This document shows positions 9,601 to 20,100 of a DNA stretch of 33,991 nt, one piece after another. Position numbers and translations under genes: made by a program. Each line of letters opens with the position of its first letter. Positions within the stretch are counted from its first letter, which is position 1. The notes beneath the pieces are model-generated. The model ran no database searches. It worked only from the letters and a program-made list of their open reading frames with translations, and was not told the origin of the DNA. The stretch covers positions 1-33,991 of the forward strand of contig JBGUET010000001.1 of the NCBI GenBank assembly GCA_041821225.1. Reading direction: 5' to 3'. This DNA is from Sedimentibacter sp. (GTDB lineage Bacteria; Bacillota; Clostridia; Tissierellales; Sedimentibacteraceae).

Positions 9601-11032
9601 TGACAATATAAATTTGAATCAGGCAATGATATGGGGATTTGCAAAATCTTTTGCTATGGAATTAACAGATTCTTTCCATGGTATATTGGATATTGAAGAG
9701 ACCATGAGTGCTGATGACTGGAAGATGGCTGCAGATGAAATACTATATGGAGATGCTCATGAATTATGTATGAGAGCAGGAAAATTTTATATAAGTAAGC
9801 TTACAAAGCATTCTGTATATGTTAAACATAATCAGGTTGGATTAAATAAAATTGAAGTTACCGAGGATGGAACTTATTTGGTAATAGGTGGTACCGGTTT
9901 ATTAGGTATGACCTATATTAAATCCTTAATTGATTTAGGCGTAAAGAATATAGCGGTACTTTGTCGTAAAAATCCATGCAAGGAAGTAAATGATGCAATT
10001 GCAGAATGGAATTCTCAGGGTGTATGTGTAAAGGTATTCTGTGCGGATGTCTGTAAGCTGGAAAGTTTAACAGAAGCAGTTGATAGGATTCGCATTGAAA
10101 TGACGGAAATTAAAGGTGTGGTAAATGCCGCAGGTGTGCTTAGAGATAAAATGATTCAGGATTTATCCTGGGAGGATTACGAATTTGTATTAAGCCCAAA
10201 GGTTACTGGCTGTGTAAATCTGTATAAAGTTTTAAAACAGGATAAACTTGATTTCTTTATCATGCTTTCTTCTATTACTTCTGTTATTGGAAATGTGGGA
10301 CAAAGTAATTATGCAGCCGCTAATTACTTCATGAACTGCTTTGCTGCTTTTTTAAATCAGCACAAGAAAAATGGTTTTGTATTTTGTTGGGGCCCTTGGG
10401 AAGGGACAGGTATGGCATCTGACAAAACAACATTAAACAATATGGAAATGATGGGAATAAGTCCAATTTCCAAAATGGATGGTAATCGAATTATTTGTGA
10501 TTTTTTCGCAAATCCATATGAATTATTACTTGTTGCAGATATTAATTGGAATAAGTTCGTCAGAAATGCAAGTGGCAGTACAGTAAAAGAACTATTAAGT
10601 GATTTGGTATCCGTAGAGGCTCAGCCTGAAAAAGAAACCAAAAGTAAAGCCAGTATAATGGAACAAATAGAGACAATGGATAAACAGCAGGTAACAGAAT
10701 TGCTTACCAATGAAATAAAGGAAATTTGTTCGAATATCATGGGATATAATGATGTATCTTTTATTGATGGAAATAACTCTTTTAAAGAGCTTGGTGCAGA
10801 TTCACTTATGATTTTCTCTATGCGTACAGAAATTAATCAGTTGCTTAATGTAAATATAAATGTTGCAGCATTTTACAATCATCCAACTATAGTAACATTT
10901 TCGGAGTATCTGGTGGATGAAGTGTTAGAGATTACAGATAGTTCTGAGAATAATAAAGTGGAAGATCAGACACCAAATCATTCAGCAGATGTAGACGAGT
11001 TGTTAACAGAATTAGAAGAACTTTTAAAGTAA
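3641..11032 (+). CDS. Type I PKS: acyl-AMP ligase (FAAL-like)-ACP-KS-AT-DH-KR-ACP (loading + module 1)
   Basis: Ligase QFSSGSTGKAKG (4100), YGMSEAT, SGDLGF, SGKVKR; ACP YGIVS (Ser 5441); KS DTACSS (Cys 6137), HGTGT, NIGHLE; AT GQGSQ, GHSIG (Ser 7490), HGFH (7790, malonyl-like); DH HIIYKTAISP (8414) and DSIFH (8924); KR GGTGLLG, LRD (B-type), YAAAN (10310); ACP GADS (10802). No ER or TE. Confidence 0.95.
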   Translation: MKDYFDITECMKNIANTEKGITIILSETQEKFISYRDIWVKSYYFYQYLKDNGVKRQDVVAIYCDDIENIIYTLWTCAIGDFIAMPIAYGLERIFDDEFISNSQNPCVVTDNSLINEYAFKKIFDITKIHFSEKKFRDTYQLNQYSCEDLVCIQFSSGSTGKAKGIPITRKNLCANLKDEMKCFNVNENDIVVNWEPLTHSGGLIIFYYMSIAAGISQYIISPDIYVKNPLLWLKIINKTRATITGSVPFALKHFMNIYNNQQIDFDWDLSCIKIMTLGAEHVGVDLYRKFTESMKKYKFRPNAIVTTYGMSEATCLVAYGINDGNLEFYKLALKELSYGGEVVKSSGNSMKQEYILYSTIGDSTEVKIINEEGEELPNGTVGSICIKGPSIINGYFTKQGIIADANFQDGWFDSGDLGFLIEGRHLGIVGRVKDIVVIGGENFECSALENIIKASSTSSLLKDVIVCNVVDKSGIECIGAFILCPDFQKSSYFIKEFVKCKNIIRGKIFEEFGIFIDTIIPIKEIPRNESGKVKRLELGLKYNNGEFDEIMNKIENVKVKEIGKLEDSEIAFGIAQVIKDTFDINITDYNRPFQEYGIVSVNVPTLIGKVNEMFKINLKTTSVFNYPNVNSLAEYIHSVLSIQKAEKSNVFAQNDSSDSIAIVGMSCRFPQGGNSPEEFWNLLVHGVDAIGDVPEERWEVEKYFSADDKEEGKMYCKKGGFLNVPIDQFDPKFFNISPKEVAEIDPHHRILIELTWEAFENAGLDISKYSGSRTGVFLGLASDEYGMASVSSGNVSKIDSYSLTGICKSTACGRISYMFGFEGPSLSVDTACSSVLTALHLACSSIKNNDADVVVVGSSSLMLSPTIGIAFSKLQATSHDGHCKTFDATADGYGRGEGAGIIILRKLSEAVKDNDNILGVICSTGLNQDGNSNGLTAPKGESQKKIIEHTLKKSGICAEDVDYIEAHGTGTPLGDPIEVNAIIDAYCKERAKNHPLLIGSVKSNIGHLEAASGMASIIKVLLSFRHNMIPGDLHYSKPNPEIAWNDANVEVVDKNTKWDGEGRVRRAGINSFGFGGSNAHVIMEEYKKKDTSPVVETDSHDFQYVLKISGKTQESIKKLAKDYKDTIESHEDEYLTNILYTADRGRGDFNYRVAVTGGSKEELLDGMKALIDGKQAGNLFSSVTKQRKKVVFMFTGQGSQYVDMCRQLFDTNDTFKEAMLKCDGMFRPYILKSLIELIYGEQADSEVIEKTIYAQPLIFSIEYSLCRVWEKYGACPDMVIGHSIGEYAAAVEAGIFSLESAVELVSARGRLMDAAPGSGTMVTVFADIDCVNKLIGEYSDRVVVAVHNAQEVCVISGEKELVEKIRNKAENMGIRVRQLKVSHGFHSPLMKSAAEDFKALANRIEYHRPKIRFISCLYAREVYPDEILDASYWSDHIFNRVDFYNSMAYIENEQDVFMLEVGPTNSLGALCRLIYGNSRAFASSITRTTDDLRQMMDALAKLYVSGINIDWNKIIFDGVETWNRTNFLPNYPFERASYWKEIMYDRKEHAEVEYDNADLLLGQRIESICMDDTIIFQRKFNCNVPYFMSEHIIYKTAISPAAAYVSILISAMKEIRNPKSITIQNIELRSPLIVTENDERLVQICISHAWSTTCEYKIISKSLTDDNAEWEIHSQGTIKVNDSYVKNKKPFELEQWQKIEENLNEENIVYRAMVNAGFDLGIGFRRVTRSLCTDNTGICYIEPLKSIPYKEKYVIYPGVIDSIFHTMLSIILEAGYVSVEKENNWETMIPYFVSGISYNYLNSDKLWCNSNALFEHQSIIGDVDAFNESGDLIMQIDNMITKITTEKNLLNGIKNDFSKLYYHYDWAKYEPVAAKKADYDSIVLISDQKSDLENLKTYWQADGRKVRCVIAGGLTEQGWKELVSEESAQKKRVIFVYGCGAFKDTFEEKEESLKHVVNLAHAFSQLHVERTCSLCFVTVQANQYKNDNINLNQAMIWGFAKSFAMELTDSFHGILDIEETMSADDWKMAADEILYGDAHELCMRAGKFYISKLTKHSVYVKHNQVGLNKIEVTEDGTYLVIGGTGLLGMTYIKSLIDLGVKNIAVLCRKNPCKEVNDAIAEWNSQGVCVKVFCADVCKLESLTEAVDRIRIEMTEIKGVVNAAGVLRDKMIQDLSWEDYEFVLSPKVTGCVNLYKVLKQDKLDFFIMLSSITSVIGNVGQSNYAAANYFMNCFAAFLNQHKKNGFVFCWGPWEGTGMASDKTTLNNMEMMGISPISKMDGNRIICDFFANPYELLLVADINWNKFVRNASGSTVKELLSDLVSVEAQPEKETKSKASIMEQIETMDKQQVTELLTNEIKEICSNIMGYNDVSFIDGNNSFKELGADSLMIFSMRTEINQLLNVNINVAAFYNHPTIVTFSEYLVDEVLEITDSSENNKVEDQTPNHSADVDELLTELEELLK

Positions 11033-11140
11033 TGAGGTGAACGGAATGATTGGCGAAAATGAAAAGTATAAAGAGACCATGAAGAAGGCGATTGATAAGA
11101 TAAATCTGCTTAATCAGAAAATTGTAGAATTATCTAAAAA
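10980..11140 (+). other. PKS-PKS docking domain pair
   Basis: Acidic C-terminal helix DVDELLTELEELLK of PKS1 faces the basic coiled coil MKKAIDKINLLNQKIVELSK ahead of KS2. Confidence 0.65.
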
Positions 11141-14100
11141 GGAGGAAGTGGCAATTATTGGATATAATTGCCGTTTCCCAGGTGGTGCAAATAATGCAGA
11201 AAAGTTTTGGGAACTACTTGCCCATGGATACGATGCTGTAATAGAGATTCCAGAGAAGCGTTTTCCCTATGAGGAATATTACAATAGTGAAAGGGGTAAG
11301 AAAGGAAAGACTTATACAAAATATGCATCTTTTTTAAAAAATGATATAAAGCAGTTTGATTATGCACATTTTGAAATGAATGAGATGGAGGCAGCTTCCT
11401 TAGATCCACAGCATAGATTACTTTTTGAAGTAATTTGGGAAGCTCTTGAGAATTCCGGTCTGAATATAGAGAAAATCAAAGGAAGTAAAACTGGTGTTTT
11501 CATTGGGATGGATTCTAGCGAATATGCAATGGCGGAAATTGTGTCAGATTCACCGGATAAAATCACGCCGTATTCCCTAATTGGCAATAGTGTCCATGCT
11601 TCAGCAGGACGAGTAGCATATTACTATGACTTTAAGGGACCAGCGGTAGTATATAATACCGCATGTTCATCAGCTCTAGTTGCATTAGATGCGGCAGTTC
11701 AAAGTCTGCAAAACAAGCAGTGCGATATGGCAATCGTAGGTGGCGTAAACTTACTACTTACACCAAATGGCTTTATAGGATTATCACAGATTAATGCGTT
11801 AGCACAGGATGGAAGATGTAAAACGTTTGACAAGGCAGCAGATGGATATGGACGTGGCGAAGGTTGTGGTGTTGTTATACTGAAACGTTTGGGGGATTCA
11901 AAGGCAGAACATAATCATGTGGAAGCAATTGTAAAAAGCATAAGTATACAGCAGGACGGTAAGTCCAATGGCTTTTTTGCCCCAAATGGAATTTCAGATT
12001 ATCAGGTAATAAAAAATGCATTGGAAACATCCGGACTTACTCCAGATGATATAGATTATGTGGAAACCCATGGAACAGGTACAGTATTAGGGGATTCCAT
12101 TGAGGGACAGGCCCTTGGAAAAGTGTTCAGTAAAAAGAAGAAGCCATTACTTATTGGTTCTGTCAAAAGCAATATAGGACATCTGGAAGCAGCATCAGGA
12201 ATGGCCAGCCTGATTAAAGTTCTGCTTTCCATGAAAAATGGCAAGATCCCTGCAAGTATACATTTTGATAATCCAAATCCAAACTTTGATTATTCAAAAG
12301 TTAAAGTTGTGGATAAGCTGATGGAATGGAATAAAGAAAATGGCGGGCGTGCAGCTGGAATTAGTTCTTTTGGAATAAGCGGAACACTTGTACATGTAGT
12401 TGTTCAGGAAATCTTTGAAGAAGAAAAAACGGTTCAGAATAAAGAATTGAGGAATAAGATTGTAACACTTTCAGCAACTACGGAAAAGATGTTAAAGGAT
12501 TCTATCTTGGATTTAAGGACTTTTTTGTGTGAAAGTAAGTATTCCTTGGATGATATTATATACTCCAGCAATATGACAAGAAGTTCTATGTCTTATCGAT
12601 TTGCAGTGAGCGTATCAAGTCAAAAGGAACTTGAAAATATATTAAACAGTATGAAAAACGATGAAGATGTACGAAAAAAGTATTGTGGATATATGAAAAA
12701 TCCCAGGAGAAAAATAGTTTGCATTCTTTCTGGAAGTTGTGATTTAAAAGAAAAGGGAATTTCTCAGTTTATTGATACATATACCGTTTTTTCTGAGATG
12801 TACCATAAATGTGAAAATCGTTTTCAAGAACTTTTAGGAAGTTCTATAACAGCACAAATCGGAAACGAGGAAATAAGTTTGCCGTTATTATTTTCTGTAC
12901 AGTGTGCCATGACTGAACTGTGGAAGAGCATGGGGGTTTGTGCACGTCGATTTATAGGTTTAGATGAGGGGACTTATGCGGCGTCCTATCTGAACGGAAA
13001 AGAATCTTTTGAAGACATAACTGCTAAAGTAGCAGCACAGACAGGGAAAGCAATTTTTAAAACAGAATTGGAAGAGGTATCTGATGCAGAGGTAGTTTTT
13101 ATTATTGGATATGACGAAACAATCAAGAAAATGCAAAATAAGTGGAATATTATCTCCTGTATTACATCATTCGGAGGTGGGCAAAATGAAATGGATGATT
13201 TTTGCCATGGTATTCAGAAATTGTACTGTAATGGATTTGATATCGATTGGGATGCTTTTCATAACTCGGTACAGCGTCCAATAATAACTCTGCCCAATTA
13301 TCCGTTCCAGAGAAAGAAATGCTGGCGAGATATTGTTTGCTTTCCAGGTACAAGTACCCAAAAGGCAAGTGAAGAGAATAAAAGTGTGGAAAAACAGCAA
13401 ATCCAGGACTGCTGCAACAATGTACTGGATATTCTAAAGGGATTGGTAAGTGAAATTTCGGGTATCACACTGGAAGATATTGAGGTAGATAAGAAATTGT
13501 TTGCCTATGGTTTTGATTCATTTTCTTTCATTTCATTAGCAAATGCAATCATAGACAGATATGGGGTCAATATACCGATTGAAGACTTTTTCGCAGCATA
13601 TGATACAACTGCGAAAATTGCAGCATGTGTGGAACAGGAAGCAAAACCGCAGGAAATGAGTGCGGAGCCATGTGACACAATGATTTTTGATACCAATGAA
13701 GTACCAACTGTAAATAAGATATTATATGCATTGAACCATCAGAGTGAGCAGATTCATCAGATCCTCAATATATTAAAAAATGACAAAGCTGAGAGTAAAT
13801 CAAGTATGATTTTATGTGCGGATGATAAAATGCTCTTTCCAATGTCAACCATACAGCAAAGGTTATATTCTCAGTTGGAGATGGTAGATGAGGATCCGTT
13901 TGATTTAGTCGGGACGTATTATGTTAATTCGGAACTAGACATTGCGCGATTTGAGAAATATGTGAATGAAATTATAAGGCGCCATAAAATTTTATCAACA
14001 AGCATGTTTTTAAAAAATGGTGAATTTCTTCAGAAAGAAAATATAGTTGATGAAATAAAGATCAAGACTCTCTGTCAGAATGTTGATACCAGTCTAGATG

Positions 14101-17100
14101 ATTTTATTTCTGACTCTTTATGTAAATTTAAGCTAGACGAACCTCCGTTGGTAGAAGTTCTTTTGATTGATACGGTTGATAATCGAAAGCTTTTTGTTTT
14201 TCATTTTCATCATACAGTTGCAGATGGATATTCCATGAATTTGTTTGCGAAAGAACTGATGTACTTCTATTCAGAAGAGGTATTGCCGGTACTGGAAAAG
14301 CAGTATTTCGATTTCGCAGTGTGGGAAAAAAATTATGGCAATACTGAGTCATATAAAAAGGAAGAAAAATTCTGGTTGGAGCACATGGACAATACTGTAT
14401 GTATGTTGCCACTGCCCTATGATTATCCCAAAACACAGAATATCGATTATAGCGGAGAGGTTGTAATCAAAACATTTACTAATGAAACTATTTTTAAGTT
14501 AAGAAAGATTTGCAGCAAATATAATGTAACTTTGTTTATGGCTTTTTATTCTATCGTTAATATTTTATTGAATAAGATGACTCAAGAGAATGATTTTGCC
14601 GTAGTAGTACCGGTTTCCTGTCGTGATAAAGGTGGTTTTAACAACAATATCGGTATGTTTACGAATACTTTGGCATTTCATGTTGGTATTGATCCGTCTG
14701 GATATTATGAGGAACTGCTTAAACAGGTAAAGGACTATTGCCTTCATGCTTACAGTAATGTAAATTACCCATTTCATGAGTTAGCACAAAAGCTTGGCCT
14801 ATCCGCGCAAAATGAATTGAATGTTGTATTTGTTTATGAAAATATTAATTCTAGAGTTTGTCATTTTGGCCCGTTGGAACTGGAACAGTATACATATACA
14901 CCTAAGAAGGAAGAATTTGAACTAACTTTTGAACTATTTGAACATGATGATGTGGTTGACGCATATTTAAGGTACCAGACAGCATTATTCAAGAGAGAGA
15001 CTATTGAACTTATCGGAGAAAGGCTTGAACGTATTATTGATCAGATTTGTGACAATCAGGAAATTAGACTCTGTGAGATTGATATGATTACGGACAGGGA
15101 AAGAAAACTTATATTAGGGAAATTTAATGATACAGCACTTCTATATTCTCAGAATAAGACCATTGTTGATTTATTTGAGGAACAGGCAAAAAAGTCATCT
15201 GAGCATATTGCAGTGACATTCGGAAATACGGATATAACTTATGGAGAATTGAATAAAAAAGCAAACTGTATTGCCCAAAAACTTCGTAAACTTGGCGTAA
15301 AATCCAATGATTTTGTAGCGGTATTGGCAGTGAGAAGTATAGAAATGATAGCTGGAATTTATGGAATTATGAAAGCTGGAGGTGCTTATGTACCAATTGA
15401 TCCAAGCTATCCTAAGGATAGAATCCAGTATATGTTGAAAGATTGTAATCCTAAGGTGATAGTCGTATTCCAGGTAGAAGTTGAAACGGATGTAGATGTG
15501 ATTGATATGGCAGACCAAACTATATGGAAAGAAGTATGGGAAAACCCGATGCATGTTAATACAATGGAAGATACGGCATATTGTATTTATACTTCAGGAA
15601 CGACTGGAAGGCCGAAAGGAGTAATGATTTGTCATCGTGGTGTAGTAGCTATGAATGCGTATTTAAGGAAACTTTATATGGTTAGTGAAGATGACAGAGT
15701 ACTTCAGTTTGCTAATTTTGTATTTGATGCATCGGTTTGGGAAATGACAATGGCATTGCTTAATGGAGCATGCCTTGTGTTGATATCATCAGGTGCAATT
15801 GCAGATATAAATGAATTTAATAAATATGTGAAACAAAAGGGGATTACAATTACATTGCTTCCACCGCAGTACTATCTACAGACAGATATTTCTGGATTAA
15901 AAGTACTGACTACAGGTGGCTCGGCTTCGAATGCAGATATCATTCGGAAATCAATGAATAATCAGAGATATATAAATGCATATGGTCCTACAGAGAATAC
16001 CGTATTAGCAACACATTGGGAATACACGAAGGATCAGGCTGGTGCCATTCCAATCGGCAAACCAATCAGTAATACTCAAATTTATATGATGAACGGAGAT
16101 AAACTGTGTGGAATTGGAATCCCAGGTGAACTTTGCATTGCAGGTGCAGGAGTTGCAAAGGGATACCTCAATCAGGAACAGCTTACACAGAAAAAATTTA
16201 CCGAGAATCCATTTGGTGAGGGTAGACTGTATCATTCGGGAGATTTTGCAAGATGGATGTCAGATGGAAACATTGAGTATTTAAGAAGAGTTGATGAGCA
16301 GGTTAAAATCCGTGGATTTCGGATTGAACTGGGAGAAATCGAAAGTGTCATCCGAAATTTAAACGAAGTGAAGGAGTGTACCGTAATTGCTAAACAGGAT
16401 TCTTTCGAGGATTCAGTACTTGTAGCCTATATTGTTTCAGATCAGGTTCTGGATACTGCAAAAATAAAAGCGCAAATTAGCCAAACACTTCCGCAGTATA
16501 TGGTTCCAATGCATATAATGAAAATTGATTATATGCCAGTTAATCGTAGTGGTAAGATAGACTGGAAATCCTTACCAGAAATTTCAGTAACAAATACACA
16601 GAACTATGTGGCTCCTGGTAATGAAATTGAAGAGATGCTTTGTAAGGTTTTTGTACAGGTACTTGGGGTGGAAAAGGCAGGAATAAGGGATAACTTTTTT
16701 GAACTTGGAGGACATTCCTTAAGAGCAACCAGACTTGTTAATCTAATAGCAGAAAAGACAGGATGTCAGATACCGCAAAAAGAAATATTTCTATATCCCA
16801 CAGTTGAAAAATTGGCGGAAAAGATTTTGCAGGTAAAGGAACAGACATATGAACCTATACCTAAGGCAAAAGAAAAAGAATTTTACCATATGTCATCTGC
16901 ACAAAAAAGAATTTATATTATGTGTGAAATGGATAAAAACGGAATTGTATACAATATGCCGCAGAGCCTCAGATTATCTGGTGACGTACACCCAGAGAAG
17001 ATTAAATATGCGCTGCAGGAGATGATAAAACGTTATGAGATTTTAAGAACAACGTTCCTTTTGGTTGATGGCGAAGCAGTGCAAAGAATTAGTCAGTCAG

Positions 17101-20100
17101 CTCAGGCAGACTTTGAATATGAGGAAAATGTGATTGATACAGAAGAAGAATTGATGACTAAGTTTGTGAGAACCTTTGATTTTTCTTGTGCATCAATGAT
17201 CAGAATTAAACTTGTGAAGAGAGATGATGATTATCTTATGATGCTTGACATGCATCATATTATAGGGGATGGCATGAGTATAATTAATTTCATTGGAGAA
17301 TTTTCTGATCTTTATAATGGGGAGACGATTCCAATGCCAGTTCTTCAGTACAAGGACTATAGTGAGTGGATGGAAGCCCAAAATTTATCAGACCAAAGGG
17401 AGTACTGGTTACAGGAATTTGTTGATGAAATTCCTGTACTTGATATGCCATATGATTATGTCAGACCCAAAGAACAAAGTTATAATGGTGCCATAGTTGA
17501 AGTGGATACTGGAAGTGAGTTAAGAGAAAAAATCAGGCAAGCTGCAAAAGAAACAGGTACTACCGAATATATGTTGTTGTTATCCTCTTTAATGGTTCTT
17601 TTGTCCAAGTATAGTAGACAGGAAGACATCGTTATAGGAAGTCCTATTAGTGGAAGAATCCATAGAGATACGGAAAAAATGTTGGGTATGTTTGCTAATA
17701 CCCTTGCAATGAGAGGAAGACCAGTTAAACATAAAAAATTTCTAAATTTTTTAAATGAAATAAAAGAAACCTGCCTGAAAGCATATGAAAATCAGGGATA
17801 TCCTTTTGAGGAACTAGTGGACGCAGTAGAAGTAAAACGTGATATGTCTCGTAATCCGTTATTTGATGTCATGCTAGTGCTTCAGAACAATGGAACAGTT
17901 CAGATGCCGTTAAAAGAGGTAGAAATAAGTGTTGCAGGACAGAATATAAATATTGCTAGATTTGATTTAGTATTTAATGTGAAGGAAGAAAACGGTTCAT
18001 TTCATATCGCACTAGAATATTGTACAGATTTGTTCAAAAATCAGACTGCAAAGTTAATATTACAGCATTATGAAGCGGTTCTAGAACAGGTTACAAATCA
18101 TCTTAACATGGTAATTTCGAATATTGTAGTTATAACCGATAAGGAACAAAGAATGATTTTAGGCGAGTTTAATAATACAAAGTTAGACTATAACAGAGAA
18201 CAGACAATAGTCGATTTATTTGAGGAACAGGTTAGAATATTTCCAGAACATGTTGCAGTTGTTTGTGAAAATAGTCAGCTGACATATAAAGAACTGAATA
18301 AACAGGTAAACCAGCTTGCATATGCATTACGTGAACTTGGAGTAGGACCAGATGACTGCGTGGCAATTTTGGCTGAAAAAAGTATGGAAATGATTATTGG
18401 AATCTACGGAATTTTAAAAGCAGGAGGGGCATATATACCAGTTGATCCCAAATATCCAGAAGAAAGAATCAGGTACATCATTGAAGACAGCAAAGCAAAA
18501 GTTGTCATTGTATATCATTCAGAAGTGGAAGTAACGATACCTGTAATTGACTTGGAAGACAAGAATAACTGTACTAATTGCACAGAGAATCCGGGCCACG
18601 TAAATATACCTTCAGATTTGGCATATGTGATTTATACATCAGGTACAACGGGAATTCCTAAAGGAGTTATGGTTGAACACCATGGAGTAGTAAATTTGAA
18701 ATATTATTATCTAAATGAATATGGTATTCATTCAGATGACAACGTACTGCAATTTGCAAATTATAGTTTTGATGCTTCTGTCTGGGAAATTACTATGGCA
18801 TTGTTAAACGGCGGAAAGCTTGTTATTATTCCGAAGTCACTTGCAGAAAATGCACGAGAAATGGAGAAGTATTGTCAGAAGAATAATGTAACGGTTGCAA
18901 CACTGCCGCCTAACTATTATATATTAACGGAACATTTACAGCCACGAATTCTGATAACCGCTGGTTCTGAATCTGGGAAACTGATCGTGGAAAAAGCTAG
19001 AGATTCTCTATATATCAATGCATATGGGCCGACAGAAAATACAGTTTGTGCAACTCATTGGACTTATGATGGGAATGAGGCTATTCCTGACAATATACCG
19101 ATTGGAAAGCCAATTACAAATGTTAATGTATATATACTTGCTGAGGATAAGCTTTGTGGAATTGGTGTGCCAGGTGAATTATGTATTGCTGGAGATGGAG
19201 TAGCACGAGGTTATTTGAACCAACCTGAGCTGACAAATGAGAGGTTTGTGGATAATGCATTCGGTGATGGAAAGTTATATCGTACTGGTGATTTAGCACT
19301 GTGGGCACCAGATGGAAATATTATTTATATGGGACGAATGGATGAACAAGTTAAAATTCGTGGTTATCGTGTAGAACTAGGTGAGATAGAAAGTGTCTTG
19401 AGAAAATTACCATTTGTGAAAGAATGTGCTGTGATTGTAAGAAAAGATACGGGTGGCGATAAGGCAATTAATGCTTACTTTGTTTCAGATGAAACAAAAG
19501 AAGTAGGGGAAGTCAGAGAAATACTTGGAGGAATACTGCCGGGGTATATGATTCCAACGTATATCAGACAGATTGCAAATATACCAGTTACGAAAAGTGG
19601 AAAAATTGATAATAAGGCTTTGCCAGAAATTGAAACCGTAAGCAGCCGTGAATATGTAAAACCAAGAAATGAAATGGAAAAGATTCTATGCAATGTATTT
19701 GAAGAGGTACTTGGTATTGAAAAAGTTGGATTGAAAGATAATTTTTTTGAATTGGGAGGAGATTCCATCAAAGCAATCCGAATAGTTACAAAAACAAGAG
19801 AATATGGATACAAAATATCCACAAAGGATATAATGTCAAGCTATGTAGTAGAAAACATACTTCCATATGTTACAAAGTCAGAGGAAAACAGTTACGAACA
19901 GGGTGATGTGACAGGAAAAATAATTCAGACACCAATGATTCGTGATTTCTTCCAATGGAATTTAAGTATACCTGCTTATTTTAATCAAAGTATTATGCTT
20001 CGGTTTGAAGAAAACTGTGAATTGGAACTACATCTGGCACTTAAATACCTAGTTAAATATCATGATATGTTAAGAGTAGTCTGCTCAGGGGAACAGCTGA

